A stretch of 64,000 nt of DNA from Chlorokybus atmophyticus (Eukaryota > Plantae > Mesostigma and Chlorokybus algae). A program made the position numbers and the translations under genes. Location of the stretch: positions 100,578-164,577 of the forward strand of contig RHPI01002699.1 of the NCBI GenBank assembly GCA_009103225.1, written 5' to 3'. Each line of letters opens with the position of its first letter. Position 1 is the stretch's first letter. The notes below the pieces were generated by a model. It saw only the letters and a list, made by a program, of their open reading frames with translations. It did no database searches and had not been told where the DNA came from. Positions 27,601 to 39,924 of this stretch are shown here, piece by piece.

Positions 27601-30133
27601 GTCCGTGCATGCGTGCGCGTGTGTGGGCATGCGCGTATGTTGGGCATGCTTGCATGTGCGTTTGCTTGACAAGTGCACTGCTTGTGCGTGTGCAGCTGTA
27701 CAACATGTAAGACGACCTTTTTGTCTCGAACGCGATCAGCAACTGTTTGAAGCACGGCTGTTGCCACCGCATCGGGCCGCTCAGCTGCCGCCTCAAACAC
27801 TGCGCTCACGGTAGCGGCCCGCACTTTGTCCTCATGATCAAGACGACGCTTTGCAAGCTCGTCTGCAACAAGCCAACATCAGGTTTGCGCTTCTAGCAGT
27901 CAGAGACATCAACATGTGTGTGTATGTGAGCATGCGCGTGTGTGTATGTGTGTTTGCGCGCGCATTTATGTGGTGTGTGGTGTTATTGTTGTGGGTTGTG
28001 GTGTGTGTTGTTTGTAAAATTTATTGACAAACCTGAGACATCTGATAGTATGGCTTCATGTGGGCATTTCAACAAGAAGTCTTTGCTCCAATGCACCATC
28101 TGAAGCCGAACTTCCGTGCTCTTATCAGTGAAGCGTTTGAGGAACTCCGTGAACATGTGTCTGTACTCCATCACAACGTCCGCGTCATCCAAGCAAAACA
28201 GGTTCCCGAGCAACTCAACGGCCTTGAGCCTAGTCTCCAACAGATCGACCTGCAATATGTTGTGTATGTCAACACACCCACCTGCACACGCACGCACGCA
28301 CGTACACACATGCACACTCACACATGCATCAGTGCACATGCACACGTACGCGCACGCGCACGCGCAGTCAACTTAGTAAGAGGCATGAGCACACGCGTTA
28401 CCACGAGGTCGTTCTGGACGTGTGGCAGCACTGATATGAGCAGCTGAGGCGACGTGAGGTACAGCTGGAACATGAGCTCGTGTCGGTCGTCCTTGAGCTC
28501 GCTGTCGCTGGCGTTGCAATCGACCATCGCGGACACGAGGAACTTTGTTATCGCCGGCTGGAAGTGGTCCTCGCAGCGTTTGAGCAGGTCCTGCACGAGC
28601 TTGTATGCCGCTGGGGACTCTTCCTGCAAACATCAAGCACAAGCATACCAACATTACGTGTTGTGTCGTGACAACACACAGCAGAGTATTAGCATGACAA
28701 CATTGTGATACATGCTACATGCATGGTGCGTAAGCATGCAGTGGTTGCGTGAGAGTGTGCGTGTATGCACGGGTGCACGTGCATGCACACGCATGTGCAC
28801 GCACGTGTGTGCCTGCGTGCATGTGCGTGCGTATGTGATGAGAATGCTCAAACTAAGTGCTTGCTCACTCGTTTGGATGGAAGAAGATTGGCCAGCACAG
28901 TGTCAAGCACGACGTGCGGGTCATCGCTCTCGTTGACAATCACCGACATGATGTCCAGCATGTGAACGGCGACAGCGTGCGAGTGCTCTGAACTGGTTGA
29001 GAGGTGTACACATTACCATCAGCTTGACACACAAACACACTCACATACACACACAAGCACAAACTCAAGGCTAACATTACTAGGGCTTGTAACTTACCTT
29101 ATGTTGTCAAATAAGGTCCGGAACAGCTCTACCATCAGCGTGTCATCGTGGATGTCCAGCATGACAATGCAAGACTTGTACTTGGCGAGGCTTTCTAGTA
29201 TGTACAGCCTGCGCGAGTACGTTGGGCTTGACACGTTGCGCAGCTCGCTGAAGACGCGTATAAATAACCGGAACATCTCCTGGAAAGGATCCCGGTCAAA
29301 AGGTCTGTCTTGATGACAACCATATGGTTTGCGTGTGTGCGTGCGTGCATGTGCGCGCATCACCCAAACACATTGCGAGTGCAGAACTTGCACGCATGAC
29401 ACAACATGTTATGTTGTGTGTGCGCGTGCGCGCGGGCACTGGTGTGCACGCATTTGTGTGTGCGTGACATCTGTGCACATAAACACGCCCTTGCATACGT
29501 ACCCATGCACACATACGGGTATGCGCGTGCGTGCGTGCGTGCGTGCGCATCACGCGCATGCATACGTGCGCACACATGCACTCCCCCATGACATCACCCG
29601 CTACCAACCCAGCATATTCACCTGGAATGCAACATCGCTGTAAGGGGCATTAGGTGCAAAGAGCTTAAGCACATCGCACAAGCAGCTCGCCACAAGCAGC
29701 CGCACGTCCTTGTCCTTGTGCTGGATGACGTGCTTCTGCACGAGCGCCTTCGCCAGAGGCCCGAGCACCCTGTCTTTGTTAAGCTCGGGCGCTGTCTGTG
29801 GCAGCTCCGACAGCGTTGTCGACGCTTGCTGAAGAACAACAACAAATAAACAGTTGAAACCATCCTCTTGCAGACACGCACACGAGTGCGTGCACGCATG
29901 CATGCACATGTGCACGCAAATCAACAACAACAACAACGACACCATCAACAACATCACCACCACCAACCACCATCACCACCACCACCAAAACAACAACAAC
30001 AACAACAGATTGAATGTCAATAACCACAGTGACTTACTTTGAGGGTTTTTGTCAATGCGTCCTTTGGCAGCTGTTGCCCCAGCTTGTTGCCCAAGTCGGT
30101 AAGCAGCGCGTACTTGTCTTTGAATGCAGCCAT
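21631..30133 (-). CDS. PDS5: Sister chromatid cohesion protein PDS5 (HEAT repeats, low-complexity acidic/basic C-terminus), many exons
   Basis: Contains HKDKDVRLLVASCLCDVLKLFAPNAPYSD, SPTYSRRLYILESLAKYKSCIVMLD, LLISVLPHVQNDL, ETRLKAVELLGNLF, EFLKRFTDKSTEVR, RKQAKFAVAAL, HIRLAAAASVLNLAR and HPEFVLPYLVHTCAHHPDFP. ATG is at 30133. The last exon and stop (21631) are less certain. Confidence 0.93.
29921..30006. repeat. (AAC)/(CAC) trinucleotide low-complexity tract in PDS5 intron 1
   Basis: CAACAACAACAACAACGACACCATCAACAAC...CAACAACAACAACAACA. Confidence 0.8.
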
Positions 30134-30852
30134 CGTGTGAGAGTGGTTGATATATAAGTTGTCAGCTTACATTACATCGGCGCTGTCTCATGCTAGCTCA
30201 TCGACCTGCAAACATCCCGCAAACAACTTATCATTTCAACAACCTCCTCCTGTTCAGCCGTGCAATAGTTGCAATGGCTACCAGAATATCTCTGCCTAGT
30301 CAAGTGTCAGTGCGACACCCATCATGCGAGGAAGAGGAACAAAACCACAACTGCCATGAGTTGAGCACAGCATTCTCTTTTCACAATTGGCAGCAGTGCT
30401 GCACGCTTTGTGATAAACGTTATGCCAAAACGGCTGTGATGGGACAAGGTCATGCACTCAACTGCACGTGCAAGTGCACATTCAATGCCGCATGTGTCGA
30501 CAGAACGTAATTGCACACACTGCCCAAGCATGCGGAGAGAAATCAACGAATGAGCTGTCACAATACCTACAGCAGCACAGTCAGTGACGCTTCTTTATGC
30601 ACAGCTTGTTTGCTGTTGCTTTTCCCAATTCTCCTGCTTTTCAAGCCACGGAAACAGAAAATCCAATTCAACAACAGCTCATACTTACGACCGATATGGC
30701 CTTGCAGCAACCCCAAAGTTGCCGCCCCGTCCACTGTGCTACCTTGCCAGCTGGCAGCTGAGCATACACATGCCTCACATGCCTCGCACAGCTTGTTGCT
30801 GCTGCTGCTTGCTGCTATGTTGCTTCTCATCACAGTGCATTGAAGCCGGCTC

Positions 30853-30909
30853 TTCCCGCGTAAGAGCCATAGGTTTTGAAAACCGCCGAAGCGCGCGCTT
30901 TTTGCCGCC
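30853..30909. promoter_or_regulatory. E2F-like (TTCCCGCG; TTTTGCCGCC) and CHR-like (TTTTGAAA) motifs upstream of PDS5
   Basis: A GC-rich patch about 720 bp upstream of the PDS5 ATG holds two E2F-like sites flanking TTTGAA. Confidence 0.4.
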
Positions 30910-31948
30910 AAGCCCTGCTTGAGAGAATATCCAAAAGCATACCAGGTAATGTCATGTAAGTCAAGAGTCACAACTCATGACTCATCACTTGGCAATGCAG
31001 GGCATATGATGTTTGACATGCCTGAAGGTTGCATCCTGCAAGGCTACGCTTGCAACATAGAGAAAACAAAAGTGACAATGTATTATCGTTGTTTGCAAGG
31101 CATTCATCGTATCGCCAATTGACCCCAACCCTTTAATAGCATGATATGCCACCTTCGTCACTAGACGCAATTCATACATTAATACAAACAAAAATAACAT
31201 TGAAGCAAATACGCCATGTGGTTTTATATAAAAAAGAAGTTTCGTTTAACTCATATGTAGCTGCATCCACACAGTTTGGAGTAACCCGGGACATAGACAA
31301 TTCTGCATTCACTGCGCAATGTAATCGATGTGTTGTTGTTTGATCTCTTGCAGTTGACATGTGATTAATTGAAACGCTTGCTTTATCCTTATAAGATTGT
31401 GAAACCTTATACTGTCATTGAGCAGTACCATAGTGCATCCCACGCATATCATGCAACATAAGTTTGCCTCTATACCTGGCAGTATTCCGATCTTCATAAC
31501 ATTACGTTGGTTGATGTTGACAATAGGTGAACAACTCAACTGTAGGCAAAGATTGTTGCAAAACTGCAAGTGACTTACATGCACACAATCAAGCACCACT
31601 GCACTAGGCTAGCAATGGTTGGGGTGCACATGTGGTGCTAGTTAGTGGTTAACCAAGGCAACAGCAGCAGCAGCAGCAACATGGAAGGCACTTGTAAGTT
31701 GATACCACACCCACGTGAAGTTCAATGGACAAAAAGTCACTGAGTTTGTAGTGTGTTTTGTTTTGTCATAAGTCGTTAATTGGCATCAACTAAGCAACGT
31801 GAACAGAATGTCTTGTAAAAGCTTGTGTAGCGAGTAATGCCTGCTTATATAAGTAAAACTAAAGGCTATCAATCACTCACAAGTGCACCGAGCACATCTA
31901 CAACAAAAGCTGTATAGCGTATGATGGTCACGCTACATTGGTCTATTC

Positions 31949-34744
31949 CTAGCAATGGGGGTTAGAAGACTGTGCCAGGTACTGCAACTTCAGAGACTCT
32001 TTTTCAAGCTCTTCCACCCACTCCAACTTGCCTTCACTGCGTGACCACTATGGACACATTGTGTAAGCGCATTGGGAGTTTTGTAGCCGACATACTTGGA
32101 GGAATGCTTGTTGTGCATCCTAACTTTGCTCACCTCCAGTAATACGGCCACTTTGTCAGCTTGGCAACTACCCCCATACGTGTGCTTCTGAACCGTGAAG
32201 CACTTGAACAGCGCCGGCATGTCACTGAACCGCACGCATGCCTGCACATATTCACATCAAATACTCCGAACAAGAATGCAACTGTTGCTTACATAGTCGC
32301 ACCGCTCACCTCCATAAGGTTGCCAAAGGTACGGTCAAATATGTTCGAGCCTGCATTGCGAATCCTGTCCATTGCATCCAAAAGGTGTCGCAAATCTCGC
32401 CGGGAAGAACAAAACTGCGCGCTTCTAGATAGCAGCCGATTGAGCCTGTTGTAACACACGCATAAGCATAAGCCACATGTTATGCAAACGCTGCCTGAAA
32501 GTGAACTGCCTTCACTATGCTTACATTGTCTGATCGGGTTGGGTGTCTGCCGTCTCATCAAACACGCGAAACATCGCCAACGCTCTTGACGTGGCTTGCG
32601 AGTTTTCCCGCCGTTTCGCCGACTTACTCGTCTGCAGGGCGCCTGATATGAGGGCGCTCGCAATGTCGGGTGTCACAGTGTGGGGAGACCTCAACTCGAG
32701 TAGCCAAAAAGCTTGCAGCGCGCGCTCCAACCTGTGCAATGGGACTGATTAGTTACTCTACACGCATGTGGGTTTGAGGCTGTTCTGTTGTGTTGAAGAA
32801 TTATACGATCGCTAAGGCAATGCCGCTACAAACCACACCAACCAACCATACCAGTAACGTGTGATGCACACACGCACACGCGCAACCCAAACCACACGCA
32901 TGCGTGCGCGTACATGCGCACACACATGCACACATACACACGCAGGCGTAGCGTACACGCACGCAGCACACACGAAGACATCTACTCAACTCACCTGCCT
33001 GTCCTTTCAAGAGTCTGAATAGCCTTCTCAAACATGTGCAAAGTGGGCGGGCACCTTACCGCCAACATCTCCAGCAGAACATCCAAAGGGTCACCTGCAC
33101 ACATCCCATCAAGCAAGAGCACAAGTGCATGTAAACACAGTTGCTAGACAAACCTGCATAATGCAAGCCCCGAACCACAACGACAACAAACCTGTGCTTG
33201 ATGAGCTTGGAGAGTTGTCGTCTTCTTGCATTGACGTCTTTAAGCAAGCGGCATCCATCTTCTGCTGAAACCATGTGTGGTTCGGGTGCGCGAGCTGTGC
33301 CAACACAACGTTCGAAGGATCCAAGCGATGCTTCTGCGCTCAAAAGAAGAACACATCTCAGGAAAGAACAACATGATGTCATGTTGTTGTTGTCCGCACT
33401 GAGCAATGCAATACCTGTTTCCGGGCGTACAACTCTTTGCGGTGCAGGTTGGCCGTCAACCACGTGGTTTGCTCCGACATCACACTCACTCCTTGCTGCC
33501 AGACCACAGTTAAGCCACAACAAATCAAAGCTGGCAAGAATCTCCACCAGCAACAAGCAACACACAACATGGCACATACTCAATACCTGGCGCGCATCGT
33601 ACAGTTGTAACATTGTGTAAACATTGCGTGCAATGTCCACTTTTACATGCACAGTACACACAATGTGCAAGTTGCATACGTTGCCTGTGTGGTTGTGTGT
33701 TACAACAGCTGGGTTACATAGAATAACAAACGCACACGCACATGAACATATGCACATACTTCTCACCTTGCGGGCAGCAGCAGCGTAGCGGCTTTCGGGA
33801 TTGGTGCTGCCTTTGGATGCGGCGCGACGGACGAGCGCGCGCGTGATCTCCTTCAGCGGCATTGAGTTGGGGCTAGAGTACGGCAAAGTGCATCCGGCTG
33901 ACAGCGGTAGCAAGGACTTGAAGTCTGAAACAACAGTTGCTTGGGTTGGTTCGTTGCACTGGTTGGTCTGAGAGTTTCTGGTGTTGTTCCAGTCATTTTG
34001 TTTATCTACGTTGTGTTTGTTTGTTTCTTTGTAATAGTTGGTTGGTTTCTTGGTTGGTTTTGTCTGTATGCGTCATGTGTTGGTTTCTTAGCGTTTTGTT
34101 GGCGTATTGCAACTGCAGTTGACAAGAAGCATGCTTGTACTTCCATATGTAAGTGCAAGTGGAAACTTATAAGTTGTGACCACAACATGTAAGTGCAAGC
34201 ATATGGAATGTCTTAATCAAATTACATTCTGTGATCACCAAGGTGAAGTAAGTACATACAGAGTACTTCTGATCAGCTGCTTTAATGCAACCAAACAAAC
34301 GAGCGTAATATACTGCTGACAGAAAGTTGAACTGGACGTTAGCTTTGCAAAAAAGCAACAAGCATTCAAACATCCTGTCTGTAAGTCGAGTGCGATGAGA
34401 GTGGATGCATGGACGCCAAGTGCTTCTTACAGTTGTGCTTCTTACAGTTGCGTAGCTGACAGCTGGAATCGACTTGCTGTTCTTGTTGTGGCTGTTGTAC
34501 AGTTGCTATGGTTGTAGCTATTGACAACGTTGGCGAAGCCCAGCAATGTCTTATCATTCATGACAGCCGCGAGTTCCTACAATCGAGCAGCTCCCGCAAG
34601 GAAGCGCAGACAAGCACAACAACAACACATGCACACATGCACATGCGCATACAAACACGTACGTGGTCGTTGATCGTGCTCCCTCGCTGCCCGCAGCAGC
34701 CGGCGGTACGCCGCCCGCACCGCCGCCCCCCCGGACGTCGCCAT
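31949..34744 (-). CDS. Hypothetical organellar protein: LYR-like N-terminus plus PPR-like helical repeats
   Basis: Phase-consistent GT-AG model: MATSGGAAVRAAYRRLLRAAREHDQRPHFKSLL ... DPLDVLLEMLAVRCPPTLHMFEKAIQTLERTGRLERALQAFWLLELRSPHTVTPDIASALISGAL ... TMLNRLLSRSAQ ... RTFGNLMEACVRFSDMPALFKCF ... LEWVEELEKESLKLQYLAQSSNPHC*. The ~35 aa periodicity resembles PPR. Confidence 0.6.
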
Positions 34745-34903
34745 GGTGTACCAAAACCAACACCTCCTTTTGCTCAACTACCTCCTCCTCCGCCACAGCC
34801 GCTCACAGCGACAGTGACGTCAAATTTGCCAGCTACGCCAAGCACATGCCTGTGCACACGCGCACGCAGGCGACGGCGGAGGGGGGGTTGGTTCAGCGGC
34901 AGC

Positions 34904-37900
34904 ATGCCTGCGGCGGCAGTTGGCATCGTAGGCGTTCTACCTAGCTGGAGAGACTGCCACGTCAGCGCCGGACGACCAGCACGACGACCAGCAGCAGGGC
35001 GTGCACGACGGCTGCAAGCATGCTTGCGCAGTAAACAGTGCACGCATTGTTCATTTGTTTGCATGCGCACAGCAGCGCAAGTCAAGTATTGCTGAAGTCA
35101 GCACGCAAGTGCAGGCTGCTTGCAGCTGGATTGTTGCTGAATGCATGCTTGCTTTCAGCTTGTCAAAGTAGCTGCTAGTCGACTTGTACTGTTGCATTTG
35201 CCAGCAAGCTCTGAGCTTAAGGTATTCTTTTAGCAACTTGCTCACACAGAGCACAAACCACCTGCGTCAAAAACCAAGATATGTAACCCACATTGGTTTG
35301 CAACTGAGTCACTACTTCAGTGCTGACGCTCTCGTCATTCATCAATCATTCATTAGTCTTATTCAAGACTGAGCACCAGAGCTGTGCTGCTCATAGCTCA
35401 GCTCCCACAGCATGTCTGTCAAAGCACGCACTGTCAGGATGTTCATGACGATGAACTTTCTTGTGTGTATGGGCAGAGCAAAGGGTGACATGCGTAGGTG
35501 GAGACTGGACGGATGCTCCTGGAGGAGTAGGCTGGGATGCTGATGGCCTGGCGGAGGCAACAGGTTGCTGCGGCTGTGTTTCTTGATTTGTTCCTTGTTT
35601 TCTGTATTGGGTTGTTTGCTTGTTGGATTATTTAGGTAGGATTGTTTGTTTGCAGTCAGCCAAGCAGCTGTCTTGGCCTGCCATGCATTAGTGAATGGAA
35701 CTGAATGTTGCCTCTTTGTGGCCCAAACAGCTGGAAAAGTGCTCGTGCCAGAGTCCATGCAGGGAAAGGGCAGCATCTGCACAGACAGGCAAGTGCATGC
35801 TGCCATGATGACCATGTGTGTAAGCCAGAGGTGCTTACAATATGCTTACCACACGGGCATGCTTTGTTGGTAACAACCACAACATCAATACATTCACTCA
35901 CTACGGTGCTGTCCAAGCAGCCGAAAGCTGCTTCCTGGGCAGTGGTTTCTTGCGCTGCAAGGCGCGTCGTTTGATGGACACGACTACTTACCAGCAGCAA
36001 AGGAAGCAGGATGGTGAGCTTTCGCTGTGTGTGCGTGTGTGTGGCTGTGGGTATGCGCGTGCACACGCGCGTGCACGTGTGCACGTGTGCTTGTGTGCAT
36101 GCGTGTGCGCACATGTGCTCGTAACCACTTTGTTAGGGGCTTACCTCTTTGCACATTATCTGATACTGACACTGTTACTTGTGATTGCTGGTTGCAGTCA
36201 CGGTGCGGTCGGCACGCGCATGCCAGACGAATGGCAGCAACCATTTGTACAAGTGTCCGACACGCTGGAAGCGTTGCAAGCGGCCGCTTCAGCTGTCAGG
36301 CAACGATTTTCAGGGCCAGTTGTGGGCATCACAGGTGTGTGCATCAAGTGCACCACGTGCATGTGCGCGTGCGTGTCAAGAGAGCGCATTCTGATTGTGT
36401 CATGTTTACAATGCAGGCAGCACGGGTAAAACAACCACGCGCGCCATGACAGCACTGGTCCTGGGTTCACTGGTACTTTCTGCCATGTACTGTTCGGTTT
36501 TGTGGTCACCTTCGCTTAGCATACCTTTGACGCTGATTGTTGCTGTGCGTGCTGTCTAGCGATTAGGGTGAAGTCCATGAAACCGAAGGCAACCTCAACA
36601 ACCATATTGGCGTGCCTCTGACTCTACTGCGCACCCCATCATCAGCCGCTGCTATTGTTTTGGTGAGTATGCTACTACAACAACACATACCCAACACTTA
36701 AGTGTTGTAGTTGTTGTTGTGTTGTGCTGTCGCTTGTTTGTAAGACACAATGTTGCTGCAGGAAATGGGTATGAACCATGCTGGCGAGATTGCCACATTG
36801 CAAGCAATAGGCAGGCCAAATGTCCGCGTTGTCACCAATGTTGGTCCTGTGCACTTGGAAGGGGTAAGTAACTTTGTTTGTCAACCCAAAGCGGTAAAGC
36901 CATTGTTGTTGTCACCACCAACACCATCACAACAATGACATTGCATTTGGGTTCATCGTTGGCTTACAGCTTGGCTCACAGCTCAGTCACTTAGTTGTCA
37001 TTCTGAGACAATGTTGTTGTCTTTTCTTATTGCTTTCACAAACACCTCATTGCTTGAGATTGATGGCTTACACCCTCTGCTGCAGTTGGGTACGGTTGAT
37101 GCGGTTGCCAAAGCCAAAGGCGAATTGTTCGATGGCGCTCTCTCTGGTGACATCTGCATTAAGAACGCCAACGACCCATTGGTTCGCGCACTGCCTCTTC
37201 CGGACGGCGTGCGAAGTATAACCTTTGGGTCCGGTCCCGACGATGACGTGTCCTACTCGAGCGTGAGGATAGACCCAACCTCGCTCGCCACGAGCTTCGT
37301 GCTTCAGACATGCTCGGAGGTAGCGGGAGTCACAATCAACAGCCCTGGATGCAGCCTGGCTGTCAATGCTGCGGCCGCTGCGGCTGTTGGGATTGCTCTT
37401 GGAATGGATCTGAAGTCTGTTGCGGCTAGGTTGGAGTTGTATCAACCTGTTGGCATGCGACTGAAGGTGCAGAAGGTATGGACACCATTCGCAAAGAGAC
37501 AGAGAGTGTGCGCAAGTGCTAGCACACACGCACATGTGCATGTGCATGTACACCTGTGTACATGCTTGCATGCACGTGTGTGCGTACGTCCGCGTGGGCG
37601 TGTGTACATGTGCGCACACGCTTGCGTGCGTCTATGGTGCACCAGCTTTTCCTTACACAGCCCTTGGGTATGCATCTGTTGTGTCGATTTCAATATGGTT
37701 GTTGCTGGTTTGCAGGTGCCGATACACAACGGCTCATTCACCATCATCAACGACGCGTACAACGCCAACCCCATGAGCATGCGCGCGGCGCTCGAGCTTT
37801 TGGCCTCGATTCCTTCCTCCTCCCGAATTGCCCTCCTGGGAGACATGCTTGAGCTTGGCCCTGTTGTTGACTCTGCTCACTACGAGGTGTGATGTGCAGA

Positions 37901-38317
37901 CACGTGTACACACATCATCATCATCATCATTATCAAACTGATGTGACTGTTGTTACAGATCCTCAAACAGTGTGCGGAGTCAAAGTTGGATCATCTTGGC
38001 CTGGTCGGGGAACGCTTTACTGCTGCCTTGCGGTTTGTTGATGCGAGCACACTTGCCGGCCTTACAGACTTTGAGTCAAGTACGTTGAAGGAAAGGATAT
38101 GGGTCCACATGTTGGATATGCACCTTGTGTGCTCACACAGCGTGTGCATGTGTACGCGCCTGCGTCTGTGATCACAGGTGTGGACGAGGCGGGTGAGCTT
38201 CTCAGCTCTGTTGTCACCTCGCTTTGTGATGGCGCTGTCGTGCTGGTGAAGGGCAGCAGGAGCATGCGCATGGAGCGCTTGGTGGAGGCTTTGTATGACC
38301 ACGAGTTGTTCATCTAA
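34904..38317 (+). CDS. murF: UDP-N-acetylmuramoyl-tripeptide--D-alanyl-D-alanine ligase (MurF), nuclear-encoded, spliceosomal introns, transit-peptide-like N-terminus
   Basis: Contains [28 protein letters not shown], the P-loop [82 protein letters not shown] and [15 protein letters not shown]. The N-terminus [42 protein letters not shown] is Arg/Ala-rich and nearly free of acidic residues. Confidence 0.95.
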
Positions 38318-39924
38318 AGCAGCAGAGGCAACACATTGCCTCAAGAGCACCTCCTTGTTGCCGCTTTCAACCATGTGTGTGTATGATGCACCCGTTGTGA
38401 CAAAGGCCTCCTCTCAAGATCACGATATGACTGGCACGGCAACTGCCTTTATCTTCCAACCCGCTATGCACATGAAAGGTTGGATTTCATGAAATGCAGA
38501 AGTTCTTGCAATTGGTTGAGCTCACCTTGGGGTTTGCATATGGGCTGATCTGCGAGGCTGATGCAAGGTGGACACAATCCTTGCATACTATATTATACAC
38601 AGCACGCACAGCACAATGGCAAGGCAAGGCAAGGCACAGGGTAGGGCTTTATGCCAGGGGCATACACGCTAGCTATGCGTGTCTACTAAGTGCATGCGAA
38701 TGGGGCGGAGGGTTGGGCGGGGCAGGGCAAGATAACAAGGCATTCGTGCACAAACTTGTAGCAACAGGAGATGGCTTTATTAAAACAGGCCAGACCTGGA
38801 CGCCAATAGCAAGCGAGAAGCGCAGCAGCAAGTATGGCGGGGGGAGGGGGTAGTGTGTATGCGTGATGTGCAGTTGCAACTGCATCAGTCCAGCGGCACC
38901 AGCTTGAAGGCAAGGTCTAAGGGTGCTGGTGTAAGACCCGCCAGTCTCATGACTTCATGTTTATGACTGTATGTACACACTTAGCCTGCATGCGAACTTC
39001 GCAACAGCACTGTGTGTGATTGTTAGTCCCAACGGCTCTCCGCCATGCAATGCAGCCTGATGCCAGCCACGCACAGCAGAACATCATTATCAACATTATA
39101 GCAGCATAGCAGAATGGCAGCCATGCAGCAGCAGCTGCGTAGCACACCACATAGAATATGTTGGGGGGTTGTACTGCTCCCGCGGACAACCAAATTCACA
39201 TGTCGTGGATCTCCGTCGCTTACCAACTTACCCTTCCCTACCCATCGTTGGTTGTTGCGCACCTCTGTGTTACTATGTACAATCTCTTGTTCGTAACTCC
39301 ATATGCAGTACCTGGTGTCCTATACACAATACAGATAATCTTTGCGCGCAACTTTGAAAGTTATGCATGCATGGCAACCCATATGACTGCATGTCACGCA
39401 GCAATTGCACCATTTCTTGCAAGAAGTGTGTTTGTAATGTGCAGATGCGCGCAAAGCGTACAACCTAAGACACGACAACACCGAACTTGGTTGGGAGATA
39501 TTGCTGTTCGGGTGTGGTGCTCGTCGTCGTGGGATAAACCTGCATAGTGCAGTGTTGAGCTTGTTGTAAATTCTTCTTGTAGTAGGCTTGGAGACATGTT
39601 TATTTCTTATTGGTATTCCACGCTTGTTGTGTGCGTTGTAAAATAGTACAATCCGCTCGCAACACAAGTTATGTGACATAATGGTTTGCGCAAATTTGGG
39701 TTTCATGTTGTCCCAAGTCTGCTACCGAAGATATTGCAAGCCTTTTCTCCTCCTCGCATAGGTTATGCACCACATGACAACACGTCACAGCAAGTGTTCG
39801 GCAAGTAACTTACATACCTCGTACAATACCTATACGACCCGGTGTTGTATCAGGTGGTACTCAAGTTATCGCAAGAACAACATAGAGCATAGCGGCCTGG
39901 TCAAGTAGGTTAGTCAGGCCCATC

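Noticed and set aside
30900-31900. AT-richer stretch with short ORFs between PDS5 and the PPR-like gene
   Set aside because: All frames have stops and no recognisable motifs. It is treated as intergenic or UTR.
34904-38317. murF as bacterial contamination or recent HGT
   Set aside because: It has multiple spliceosomal introns with the host repeat signature, an N-terminal extension and eukaryotic neighbours.
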